A stretch of DNA of 64,000 bases from the NCBI GenBank assembly GCA_963803805.1, contig CAWDOD010000010.1:96001-160000 (forward strand), read 5' to 3'. The position numbers and the translations under genes were made by a program. Under the pieces are notes generated by a model, which made no database searches, was not told the DNA's origin, and saw only the letters and a program-made list of their open reading frames with translations. Every line of letters begins with the position of its first letter. Within the stretch, counting starts at the first letter, position 1. The DNA is from an uncultured cyanobacterium. Its GTDB lineage: Bacteria; Cyanobacteriota; Cyanobacteriia; Cyanobacteriales; CAWCAG01. Positions 11,023 through 21,374 of this stretch are shown one piece after another.

Positions 11023-11844
11023 CTATTTGCTGATAGTTATCACCTTTTCAATTAAAGAGATTACATCACTCCTACTTAGTTTCTCTTTACCAACAGCTAA
11101 GGCACTGAGAGTTCCATGGGCTAAGGTCAAGGGGATTTTACAGAAATCCAAAGCTGGACCATTAGGTAAGGCCTTAGTATAAGCATCTGCTAAGGCTAAA
11201 TTATGGCGAGCATATTGGTGCATTTGCTTAGTTTCCCATCCTTCTGGAAAGAAGTCTACGCCACGCTTTAGATCTTCGCTGTGGTTGCGTAAAATATTGA
11301 CAGCTTGCAAGCCTCTACCAAAACCTATACCTTGGAGACGATTGGTTTGAGTACCATCGTGCCAAGCCCAGAGATCACTAAGGAGCAATCCTACAGAACC
11401 AGCTACGCTAAAGGTATAGCGGTCTAGATCTGCTTTGGTATCGATTTGCCAATTACAATAAGCCCAATAGGCCATTCTATCTGCCATGGTTGCTGTGGCT
11501 TCCCAAATGCGAGGTGCGATGGTTTCTGGGGCTAAAAGAACCCATTCACCGATTCTTAAGGTAACTTCTTCTAATTGGTTTTGATAGTCAAGTAAGCCCA
11601 CAGAGAAGTCTGCTGTTTGAGAATCTTCTACTGCCCCCTGCAAGTTTAAGCTAATTGCACGCAACAGCTTGGCTTTAAGAGGGTTACTTAGTTCAGGATG
11701 ATCTTCAATCTCATCAATAGCCCGCATACAAAGGTATGCTGAAGCAACAGCTTTTTGCAGGGGTAACGGTAAGCGGCTAATGGGTATATAAAAAGTTCTA
11801 CTGGTTGCTTTTAATATTTCCAATGCTCCTTTATGCAAACTCAT
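11023..11844 (-). CDS. Squalene/phytoene synthase family protein (probable squalene synthase)
   Basis: TSRTFYIPI, YLCMRAIDEIED, YTFSVAGSVG, GLQAVNILRN. Confidence 0.85.
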   Translation of the reverse strand: MSLHKGALEILKATSRTFYIPISRLPLPLQKAVASAYLCMRAIDEIEDHPELSNPLKAKLLRAISLNLQGAVEDSQTADFSVGLLDYQNQLEEVTLRIGEWVLLAPETIAPRIWEATATMADRMAYWAYCNWQIDTKADLDRYTFSVAGSVGLLLSDLWAWHDGTQTNRLQGIGFGRGLQAVNILRNHSEDLKRGVDFFPEGWETKQMHQYARHNLALADAYTKALPNGPALDFCKIPLTLAHGTLSALAVGKEKLSRSDVISLIEKVITISK

Positions 11845-12255
11845 CCATCCGTCTCCTCACGAAAAATATGTGTTCTAGCATATAAGAAGAACTTACTTAT
11901 AGATATGTGATCTGCAATTACTGGCAAATTTTGTAGTTAGAGTTACAGGGTTTTTCAAAAAAAGCAAGAACATTTATCTAAGAATATATCTAAATACCAG
12001 GGCAAGACAATAATAATGTTTATGACTTGCCTGATCTATTTTTATAACTAAAACCTTAATTTCAGCTTAAACAAAGCAGCTTTTTCTCTAGTTTCCATGA
12101 TTAGCTAACTCACTAAGAATATAAATCACAATATTGATTCCTTGTTGCATCAGTAATTACTATTGCCCTCAAGGTTTCTTGCTGTTAATTATTGGTAATT
12201 ACACTTGCAATAAATTGTTTATTTAGCTTTGAAAATTACAATAATTTATTGCGAG

Positions 12256-12285
12256 TTGACATATTTCAAAAAAAGTTGTTAGAGT
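12256..12285 (+). promoter_or_regulatory. Sigma70-type promoter (TTGACA-18 bp-TAGAGT with extended TG)
   Basis: TTGACA 12256-12261; TG 12277-78; TAGAGT 12280-12285. Confidence 0.5.
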
Positions 12286-12559
12286 TGTCAACGACCAGAG
12301 GGAGTAAATTGATTATCCTTAGTTAGAATAATTATTCTACCGTTATAACTCCTTCACTAGGCAAAAGCATCTTTTTCGGCAAGTGCTTTGGCTTTTTGGT
12401 GCAAATACCACTTAAAGTTAATAATGGTTTTTAACTTGTAACTCCATGTTTTGGGTGTGTCTATCTAGGTTTTTATTCTCCAGGTTTGCGTCTTACCAGA
12501 TCATTTAGTTCAAAAAGCAAGCATAGTATAATAATTGCTGCTCCTTATAGCTATTTTAA

Positions 12560-13327
12560 ATGGGATCGCAAAATATTTTAGATATATTAGTTTTTTTAGC
12601 CTGGGGCTGTTTAATTCTTAAATCTTGGCTAACGGGGCAAATGAAGGATTTGATTCATCCTGATTATGTTTTACCCCTGGTTGTTTCAGGTTGTTTTTTG
12701 GTAGGAATTGCCCTATTAAAAGTAATTATTTGGTTTGTGCAGAGTCGCTTCGGTAGAAGGAGAGAAGGGAATGGGCAAGTAAGGCAAGTTAGTTGGGTTC
12801 CAGGGAAGTTAAGCAGTGTTTTTTTGTTAGGGATGGCGATCGCCAGTTTATTTATTGTCCCTCAATCCTTGGGCAGTGCAGCAGCCTTGGATCAAGGAGT
12901 GGAAGACTATTTAACCTTGACTCCTTCTCAACCCCCTTCAGGATATGTAGCTAAAAAGCCTGTGGAACGTTCCATTATGGACTGGCAAGAAATATTAAAT
13001 CAAAATCCTGAACCAGATATTTATACAGGACAGGAAGTCAAAGTTAAAGGATTTGTGGTACATTCGGCTCAACTAGATGAGGAATATATTTTGCTTTCCC
13101 GTTTAGTAATGACTTCTGGGGTAGCTGATACTTATCCCGTTGCCTTACCTGTAAATTTGGGAACTAATCGTCGGCAAGATTATCCTCCTGATACTTGGGT
13201 AGAAGTTGAAGGGGAAATGATGACCGAAGAATTTAATCAAACTCGTCAGATTGCGATCGCGGCTGATAATATAAGAAAAATTCCTTTACCAGAAAGTCCT
13301 TATGAAACTTCTTGGTCTTTAAGATAG
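12560..13327 (+). CDS. TIGR03943/DUF1980-family putative permease subunit
   Basis: N-terminal TMs with 'LIHPDY', 'PEPDIYTGQEVKVKGFV', 'PPDTWVEVEG', 'IPLPESPY'. Confidence 0.75.
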   Translation: MGSQNILDILVFLAWGCLILKSWLTGQMKDLIHPDYVLPLVVSGCFLVGIALLKVIIWFVQSRFGRRREGNGQVRQVSWVPGKLSSVFLLGMAIASLFIVPQSLGSAAALDQGVEDYLTLTPSQPPSGYVAKKPVERSIMDWQEILNQNPEPDIYTGQEVKVKGFVVHSAQLDEEYILLSRLVMTSGVADTYPVALPVNLGTNRRQDYPPDTWVEVEGEMMTEEFNQTRQIAIAADNIRKIPLPESPYETSWSLR

Positions 13328-13347
13328 AGTATTTTACTCTTCACGCA

Positions 13348-14205
13348 ATGACAATCACTGTTTCACAAATTTGGATTTATCCTCTCAAATCTTGCCGAGG
13401 TATTTCTCTTCAACAAGCAGAAGTTACTCCTAAAGGTTTTAAGTGGGATAGGGAATTTATGTTTGTTGATGAGAATGGTCAATTCTTAAGTCAAAGAAAG
13501 TATCCGCAGTTGGCTAGGATTAAAGTAGCAATTGCTAACAATTGTCTTTCTTTAAAAGCAGAAAATAGTAACTTAGAAACCATACAATTACAACCTACTC
13601 TAGAAGGTAAAGAAATTGCTGTCACTATTTGGCGTAGTCATATAACCGCTATTGATCAAGGGAATGAGGTGGCTAATTGGTTACAGAAATTCCTCAATCA
13701 GAGTAAGAATTTTCGCTTAGTTAGGCAATCACCTCAATATCCTAGAGGTGTTAATTCTCAATACGCTGTTGCCAAAGGCAATTCAGTTAGTTTTGCTGAT
13801 GGCTATCCTTTTTTGTTAACAGCAACTGCTTCCTTGGCAGAATTAAATAAGAGAATTAAAGAGTATTATCAAAACGAACAACCACAGGTACAAATGAATA
13901 GGTTTCGTCCTAATCTTGTCATAGAAACCGAAGAAGCATTTATAGAAGGAAACTATCAAACTATTCAAATTGGTGAAGTGACTTTTGCTGCTGTAAAACC
14001 TTGCGATCGCTGCATAATTACTACTACAGATCAAGTGACCGGAAAGCGAAATAAACAACAAGAACCATTGAGAACATTAGGGACTTTTCGTAACTTTTCT
14101 ACTAAAGGGATTCTCTTCGGCGAAAACCTTATTCCTCACAACACAGGTACTATTAAAGTAGGGGAAGATGTTGCTTTTAGCGGTTTGATAAGTGCTAGTT
14201 GCTAA
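13348..14205 (+). CDS. MOSC domain protein
   Basis: IYPLKSCRG, DREFM, FADGYPFLL, RFRPNLV, KPCDRC, FGENL; ATG at 13348. Confidence 0.92.
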   Translation: MTITVSQIWIYPLKSCRGISLQQAEVTPKGFKWDREFMFVDENGQFLSQRKYPQLARIKVAIANNCLSLKAENSNLETIQLQPTLEGKEIAVTIWRSHITAIDQGNEVANWLQKFLNQSKNFRLVRQSPQYPRGVNSQYAVAKGNSVSFADGYPFLLTATASLAELNKRIKEYYQNEQPQVQMNRFRPNLVIETEEAFIEGNYQTIQIGEVTFAAVKPCDRCIITTTDQVTGKRNKQQEPLRTLGTFRNFSTKGILFGENLIPHNTGTIKVGEDVAFSGLISASC

Positions 14206-14376
14206 TTGCTAGTTGTAATGTTTATTTGGGTTGGCTTGGGCTGTAAGTAAACCGAAGAAATACTATTATTATTTCCTGAACTTAATTTAACACCAGAACA
14301 AATATTTCAGTCTTGATTTAACGCCTAGTTAACCTCTGTTTCTTGAAATTGTGAAACAAAAGTAGATTGAGATCAA

Positions 14377-14553
14377 TTAAGGTGTCACTAAAACAATTAT
14401 CCCGTGACGGCGAACACTGATCAAAACTTCCTTTTCAAAAACAAACTCGCTATAATCAGCAAGATCATCAATTCCAATTACGTTTAAAACAATTTCAGCC
14501 ACCAACCATATTGTTATTTTAATCAATGCCCTTTGCCAATTGTATTTGCTCAC
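14377..14553 (-). CDS. Small conserved hypothetical protein, 58 aa (not in the ORF track)
   Basis: GTG start with GAGGGAG SD; MSKYNWQRALIKITIWLVAEIVLNVIGIDDLADYSEFVFEKEVLISVRRHGIIVLVTP. Confidence 0.65.
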   Translation of the reverse strand: MSKYNWQRALIKITIWLVAEIVLNVIGIDDLADYSEFVFEKEVLISVRRHGIIVLVTP

Positions 14554-14880
14554 TTTCTTACTCCCTCAAATGATAGCCGGGGGTTTTGCATAGGAAAAAA
14601 AGAATTTTGACTATCCCCCTATATTTCTATTTCTCTTGCTTACTGTGCTAAAACTTGGTTATTCAGAAATCTTTACAAAGTTGTTGACCTGGAAACAAAA
14701 TAATCTTGCTAAAAGCTTACACACAAACTTATTTGGTGAACTGTGACTTCTATGAAGTTTTAAACAAGATTCTATGAAGATTCGATAAAATTCAAAATAA
14801 TTCTCAAATAGATAGTATTGTCTGAAATTAATTGTTTACCATGAACTTTTTATCATCTTTATTGCTTATTCATAACTGAA

Positions 14881-15372
14881 ATGATAATCCGCGATGCTAC
14901 AGAAGCAGACTTACCAACCATTGTCGAGATTTATAATGCAACGATTCCCAGTTACACCGTCACAGCAGATACAGAAGCTGTTTCTGTTATTAGTCGTTTA
15001 AGTTGGTTTAAAGATCATGATGCTAACCACCGCCCTATTTGGGTTAAGGAAAATGAGGAAGGTGAGATAATTGGTTGGTTAAGTTTCCAATCTTTTTATG
15101 GTCGTCCTGCTTATAAAAAGACTGTAGAATTAAGTATATATGTTGCTTCTGAGTATCGTTGCCAAGGAGTAGGTAAACAGCTTTTACAACGTGCTATTTA
15201 CCAAAGTCAGAGATTAGAAATCAACACTTTGTTAGGGTTTATTTTTGCTCACAATGAACCAAGCTTACGGTTATTCGAGAAGTTTAGTTTTAGTGAGTGG
15301 GGTTATTTGCCTAGAGTAGCTGATTTAGATGGGATTGAAAGAGATTTAGTGATTTTAGGCAGGCGTATTTAA
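14881..15372 (+). CDS. GNAT N-acetyltransferase (phosphinothricin/YncA-like)
   Basis: IRDATEADLPTIVEIYN, FYGRPAY, ELSIYV, GQGVG-like motif, HNEPSLRLF. Confidence 0.9.
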   Translation: MIIRDATEADLPTIVEIYNATIPSYTVTADTEAVSVISRLSWFKDHDANHRPIWVKENEEGEIIGWLSFQSFYGRPAYKKTVELSIYVASEYRCQGVGKQLLQRAIYQSQRLEINTLLGFIFAHNEPSLRLFEKFSFSEWGYLPRVADLDGIERDLVILGRRI

Positions 15373-15388
15373 GTGAAGTTAAGTGAAG

Positions 15389-18196
15389 TTAAAAGTCATG
15401 TTTTGCTACTATTTGCTGATAAAAATCTTCTAAGCCTTGGATACAATTTTTATCATCAAAAAGGCGATTTTTGTGCTGATTAACTCTTTCTTGAATAGCT
15501 GCTCTCAACGCAGAATTTAATCCTAACTTAACTGCTATTTCTATGTATTTCTCTTCCGTTTTCGCAATAGTTTCTGTTACTTTAATCATCTTTAAAAAAC
15601 TATCTGTATGACGACCTCGCATAAATTCTGTAGGCAAAGTTACAATAGGAAGATTGCAGGCGATTGCTTCTAAACTAGTGTTGCCTCCTGACCAAGTTAT
15701 GGTATCTAAATAAATATCAGATAATAGGTTAATATTCAAGTAATTACTACGTCCAAGAATCTTACGGAAAAGACAATAATCTCCGTAGTCTAAATCTACT
15801 TTAGCGAAAGTACGTTTTAGTCTTGGCTTAAGTAATTCTCCTCGCAAGAAAAGAAATCTTGCTTGAGGGACACTCTGGGCAATGGCTGGGAAAATATAAT
15901 CGTATTGTGGTAAATATTTAAAAGGTGCTTGACAACATAAATAAATAACTGCTTCTTCTTCTAAATCATAATCTGCCCTAGTTTTACTAACAGGAGGAAT
16001 ATAAGGTTGAGGATAAGCAACACCAATATTAGGCAAACGAATTAGGTTTTCTGAATAATGTTCTTGAGCATTTTTTGCTTCCATTAACTCGCTAGATAAA
16101 AAGTAATCAATAGTTGGTAAACCAGTAGTTACAGGATGTCCCCAGGCTACACATTGTTTCGGGGCAAGGCGTAAACCCGCCATCGCCATTGTTGGGGCAT
16201 CCATGCCTATTTCTGGGTAAATAAGAATGTGGAGTTTATCATCAACTATTTGTTGACAAGTAGCTTCTAAATTATGGGGAATGTGGTGAAAAATATCGCT
16301 ATATTCTTTAAATTGTTCTGTCACCGCATCAGAGCTATTTCCTGTGTAGTAACAGTGGATGGTAAATTGATTGCGATCGCAATAGCGTAACCAACCTGTT
16401 AACCAAAGAGTACCACTGTAAGAATGCAAATAAGCAGAAACATAACCAATACGAATCTTCTGATTTTCTTGAACAGGAGGCGAAGTTTTTTCTTCTACCC
16501 ATTGGGGATAATTAGCCCCCATAATACGATGAACTAAATTACCATACTGAGTTTGTAATTCAACATCATTTTGTGTCTGATAAGCAAGGTAAAAATTAGT
16601 TAGACGGCTTACTCCTGCTAAAGCTTCTTGTTTTTGCTGTGGAGTTTCTAACTTGGTTTGTTCAATTAATTCCTGTAAACCACTAATATAGCGTTGTCGA
16701 TAATAACTGATATCTGTGGCTTTGTCATAAATACTTGGTAATAATAAGTACTTTAAAAGTTTAAAGGTATAATCATCTGGTAATAATTCGACAGCAGCTT
16801 CTGCTTTACTAATTGCTTCTTCAATATACCCTTGGACTCGCAAAGTATTTATAATAGTAAAATGCAATTTCCCGTCTCTAGGGTAGAGATTAATTCCTAA
16901 AGATAGTGCTTTAATAGCTTCGTTAACTTGTCCGATCTTAGCTAAACATTCATTTAAACGCCAATACAGTTCTGCGTCACCTATTTGAAAATCGAGGAGT
17001 TTTTGATATTCTTGGACTGCTTCTTGCCACTGTCCTTGCTGGAATAACTTGTTGCCTAAGTTAAAGAAAAAATCTCCTGCTCTAAACTTATTTAACTCAT
17101 TTACTGGACAGGAAGTAAACCACTCTGGCTTGAGGTTAAGTGATAATAAGTTTTGTGCTTCCCTTTCTCTAGTTCCTAAAACTATTTGAGTATGAACATG
17201 GAAAAGAAGTATTTGCCATTGATATGGCTCTAAATCTCTAACTTCAAGAATTTCTAGACTTTCTGTAACATCTATATTTTCTTCCATAAGAAGATTGAAG
17301 ACAACACTAGATAAAAATAGGTTTCCTTCTTCTTCTGCAATACCATCAGTATTTATTAGTAAACTAATTTGATTTTTGTCATAATGATTCGTGAGTATGA
17401 CAAAACATTGTTTTAATTGTAAATATAAATCTTCTTCAGACTGCGACCAATCAGGAAATACAATTAAATTAATTGGCTTTAAGTTAAAAGGTAATCCAGA
17501 GATTTCAACTGTTACTGAACTATTAACTTGAGATTCATCTTCTTCTGTGAAGATAACAGGACGAGAGAAATATTTTTGATACAAAGGTTGCATACTAGCA
17601 AAATGCCTAAACCTAATCGGTTCTTGGCAAGGATTTGTTAAATACTTATCGTAAGGTGAATATTCCCCTTTAACAAGGGTAACATTTAAGCAATTTGGCA
17701 AAATTTCTAGATGTTGTTCCTTCTCTTGTTCAGATAATTTATCAAGCACCTTAAGCACTGCTAGATTGTCTTGCAATTTGTGATTATCACAATCTTTTCT
17801 GTCCCAAACTGCTTGAAAAAATTCTTGGCTAAATTCATTAACTCTAACTACTATTACTCCACTATTAACATTGCCAGAAGAACTCTTGGCAAAAGAGATA
17901 CTTTTTGAGGTAGCTAACTCTATATCGCCCCTTACTATCACTATATCTGCATCCAAATAAACAATTAAATCTCCTGATTTTAGTTCTTTAAGCAATTTAA
18001 GAATGTAATGGATTTTTATCCAGTGAGGTGTTCTACCCTGAAGGTTTTCATATTCGCTAATCGCACGGTATTCAAAACCATAATATTGAGCATATTCTTG
18101 AAACCGAGGACTAGTCAGATGTTTAAATCTTCCTTCCCATAGTTCTACACCCACTGAAAAAAGAACTTTTTTAAAATTATGCTGATTGCTCACCAC
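15389..18196 (-). CDS. Multidomain glycosyltransferase: GT34-like N-terminus + unnamed domain + TPR + SPINDLY/OGT-like GT41
   Basis: W.KI, YLDAD, NSGV, QDN in the N-terminus; TPR helices; KIRIGYVS, WGHPVTTGLPTIDYFLS, DIYLDT..WSGGNTSLEA. Confidence 0.8.
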   Translation of the reverse strand: MVSNQHNFKKVLFSVGVELWEGRFKHLTSPRFQEYAQYYGFEYRAISEYENLQGRTPHWIKIHYILKLLKELKSGDLIVYLDADIVIVRGDIELATSKSISFAKSSSGNVNSGVIVVRVNEFSQEFFQAVWDRKDCDNHKLQDNLAVLKVLDKLSEQEKEQHLEILPNCLNVTLVKGEYSPYDKYLTNPCQEPIRFRHFASMQPLYQKYFSRPVIFTEEDESQVNSSVTVEISGLPFNLKPINLIVFPDWSQSEEDLYLQLKQCFVILTNHYDKNQISLLINTDGIAEEEGNLFLSSVVFNLLMEENIDVTESLEILEVRDLEPYQWQILLFHVHTQIVLGTREREAQNLLSLNLKPEWFTSCPVNELNKFRAGDFFFNLGNKLFQQGQWQEAVQEYQKLLDFQIGDAELYWRLNECLAKIGQVNEAIKALSLGINLYPRDGKLHFTIINTLRVQGYIEEAISKAEAAVELLPDDYTFKLLKYLLLPSIYDKATDISYYRQRYISGLQELIEQTKLETPQQKQEALAGVSRLTNFYLAYQTQNDVELQTQYGNLVHRIMGANYPQWVEEKTSPPVQENQKIRIGYVSAYLHSYSGTLWLTGWLRYCDRNQFTIHCYYTGNSSDAVTEQFKEYSDIFHHIPHNLEATCQQIVDDKLHILIYPEIGMDAPTMAMAGLRLAPKQCVAWGHPVTTGLPTIDYFLSSELMEAKNAQEHYSENLIRLPNIGVAYPQPYIPPVSKTRADYDLEEEAVIYLCCQAPFKYLPQYDYIFPAIAQSVPQARFLFLRGELLKPRLKRTFAKVDLDYGDYCLFRKILGRSNYLNINLLSDIYLDTITWSGGNTSLEAIACNLPIVTLPTEFMRGRHTDSFLKMIKVTETIAKTEEKYIEIAVKLGLNSALRAAIQERVNQHKNRLFDDKNCIQGLEDFYQQIVAKHDF

Positions 18197-18212
18197 TAAA
18201 AGCTACCGTCAA

Positions 18213-20745
18213 TTATTTGTTTGTAATTAAATTAGTAATTTGCTTTATTTCCCAACTAGGAATTTGAGTTATTTCTTCTTGTATATTTACAACTTCACTT
18301 TCTTGTTTTAAGCTAATTCTAGCTTGAAGACGAGGTAAGAGAAATTGCCATTGTAAAGAACTTAGTTTACCTACAGGAACAATTTCTGCTCCTTCACTAA
18401 TATCTAATTCTTCTTCCATAAAGAGATTCATAGCAACTCCAGATAACAAAAGATTAGCATCTTCTTGATCACTATCTGCGGCATAGACTAATAAAGTAAT
18501 ATCTTTATTATCCGGATGAGTTGCGATCGCTTTTAATACTTCTGCTAATTCTAAGCCTAATTCTTCTTCTGGCTGCGACCAATCTGGGAATATAATTAAA
18601 TTAACATCGTTAAGATTTAAAGGTAAAAGTGTAGCTGCAATTAGAGCAGAACTTACTTTGTCCGCCATTGTTGACCAAGAAAAATTCTTAGCTTGGGTAA
18701 TACCTTGATTAGTCAAAGAATTTCTTACCGCAGGTTTCTGCACTTCACAAAGAGCATTTGCCATCTCTTCAATGTTATTTGCATCAACATAAATAGCCGC
18801 TTCACCAGCAACTTCAGGAATCGAAGCATTAGGACAAGTAATCACCGGACAACCACAAGCCATGGCTTCTACAATTGGTAAACCGAAACCTTCATATTTA
18901 GAAGGATAAACCAAAGCAACTGCAGCACTATAAGCTAACCTTAATTCTTCATCGGTAAGTTGCAACATATGAACAGTAGTTCCAGCAGTTAAATCTCTTA
19001 ACTCTGATGGTAGAAATCCTCCACTTCCTGTACAAACTATCTCAAAACCTTGCTTACTAATTAGTTGGTTAAAAGCTTGGAAAAATAGAGGTGCATTCTT
19101 ATAACTACTAGCTATACCTACTGCCATAAAATAAGGTTTGTTGATGCCGTATTTAGCTTTAAAACTATTAATTTCTGCTAAACTTGCTGGAGAAAAATTA
19201 CTATCAACTCCACAATGAGCTACAGTTATTAATTCTGAAGGTATATCGGGAAAACACTTTGCTAAATCAACTGCTGTATTTTCAGAAATAGTAATATAAC
19301 TTGAAGCGTGTTCGATTCCCTTATGTTTCTCTTTCCACATTGGTTCTTCAAAATTAGCCCCTAATACTTCAGGAATCATGTCATAAGCCATAAATACTGA
19401 AGGGGTAGAAACAGGAGTTGTATAGTAAGTTGAAATAAATAAATCTGCACCTTCTTCATCGCAGATTTGTTGCAATTTCTCTCTATCAACATCAGTTTTA
19501 TAATAATTATAGGGTGGAAACATACGATACTTCACACCAGGAATTTTAGGAGATGTTCCTAAGCAATCTATAACTACAATATGATGAATAAAGTTAGTAC
19601 TTTTCCACGCTTCTAGTAAAGATTTCCAAACTCTGGAAATTCCTGTGCTATAAAGCTGAAAAAAGACACCATCTATAATTATTGTTGGTTGAGGATGAGG
19701 TTTGAATAAGTTTTCAAGATAATTTTTAATCAAGTAAGCATCTTGCTGAGGCTTGTAAAGTAAATCAGATGTTAAGTCTGTAGTATAGTGGCAATCAATA
19801 AATTTTAAGCCCTGTGCAGAAAAAAGCAAATTCCAAGGACGCACATCTGCTACATTTTCTTGCTTATCAAGATAGTTAAATTGTTTTTCTATTTGGTTGA
19901 GTAAACTATCTTTATTTGGAAATAAAATTCTACCAATTTTAGCAATGTCATAAAGTAAACAGCCTGGTTCTAAATCTATACTTTTATTTAAGTGAGTTTT
20001 GTAAAGGGTAGCTTTCCCTTCATCACTCTTAAGCAAATAATGTCTTGGTTGTAAAGGATAGTCAATATAAGGAAAAAAAGCTTCTCTGTAATAATTTGGT
20101 GTATTTGCATAGTAAAAAGACCTAGTTAAATTAGTATCACAATGAGTACTTGCTTCATAATCTAATTTATTAAACTCAGGCTTAACTATACTCAGTTTAT
20201 CTATAGTTAGTTGTTCTCTAATGATATCTTTACCACATACATCTGATTCCTGTGGATGAGGCATTTCGATTAAAAGTGATCGCGAAATTTTGCTCACTTC
20301 TGTTAGAAAATTCCTAGCATCATCCATATGATGTAGAACTGACAAAAGTAAAGTCATATCAAAGTAATCGCAAGCTAGAGATGCTTTTTTTAACCAATCT
20401 ACTGTAACTGCCGAGTTGAATCAAAACAACATTTTCTAAACCTTCTTGAATCAATAACTCTTTTTGTAAGTAGGCGTAGTTAGGATTAGATTCAATACTT
20501 AAGAAAACATTTTGAGGAAAAAGCTTAGCTAATTGAATAGTAAAAAAACCCACGTTGGAACCAATATCTAATATTGTTTGCTTAGGTTTAATGTAATGCT
20601 TAATTACTTCGAGTCTTTCCCAATCATTTTTCCTAACTCCTTGTCTAATCAACTTATCTTTCAAATAAATGGATTGGTAGACTTCTGGTAACTTCTCAAT
20701 CAATCTGCTAAGTTTATCTAGATTTTTAGAAATGCTCATTATCAA
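18213..20745 (-). CDS. WbdD-like methyltransferase/kinase fused to GT4 glycosyltransferase; split by a +1 frameshift near 20420
   Basis: LPEVYQSIY, ILDIGSNVGFF, then after the frameshift FDMTLLLSVLHH, DVRPWN..FID; GT4 YPSKYEGFGLPIVEAMACG. Confidence 0.75.
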
Positions 20746-20760
20746 TTTAAAGACTATATT

Positions 20761-21279
20761 TTAGCGATCGCTCCCTTCCTCACCTTGCCCTTGCACCTCC
20801 TTAAGCTGAGCCAAAAGCTGCTTTAACTTTTCTTGCTCCGGATTTAACTCAACTAACTTTTCCAACGGTTGTACAGCCTTCTGAGGTTCATTGGTTTGTA
20901 AATAAACTTCTACCAAACCTTGGAGGGCAAATTGATTTTCAGGATTTTTCTCCAACGCTCTTTTTAAAGGTGCGATCGCCCCTGGAGCATCTTTCATTGC
21001 CATTTTGGTTTCCACCAAACCTTTAAGGGCAAACTCATTCTCTGGTTCCCTTGCTAAAACATTCTCAAATCCTTCTGCTTGTTGGGCTAATGTCTCATCT
21101 ACATCTACTTCCTGATTAGCTGTTGATTCTGGTGCTTCGGAATCGTTAGTAAAAAGACTACCAAGGGTAAAAAAGGTCGTGCCAATAAAAGCGAAACCGG
21201 ATAAGATAATCAAAATTCTTGTGATTAGTTTCTTTTCAGACTTAGATTTAGACATGGTTAGCTTGAGGCAAGAAGACAA
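20761..21279 (-). CDS. Membrane-anchored TPR protein
   Basis: N-terminal TM; repeated 'PENEFALKGLVE'/'PENQFALQGLVE' TPR units. Confidence 0.8.
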   Translation of the reverse strand: MSSCLKLTMSKSKSEKKLITRILIILSGFAFIGTTFFTLGSLFTNDSEAPESTANQEVDVDETLAQQAEGFENVLAREPENEFALKGLVETKMAMKDAPGAIAPLKRALEKNPENQFALQGLVEVYLQTNEPQKAVQPLEKLVELNPEQEKLKQLLAQLKEVQGQGEEGSDR

Positions 21280-21374
21280 AGAGAGCTATGTTTAAAGTTA
21301 CCCAGTTTAAGCTCAGCAACGATCTTTACTTCTGGGTAAACTTGATTACATCGCTACTTTAACAAAGTTGAACC

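Noticed and set aside
15370-15392. 10-bp direct repeat AAGTGAAGTT x2 between convergent stops
   Set aside because: Too short and has no associated element; probably a local duplication.
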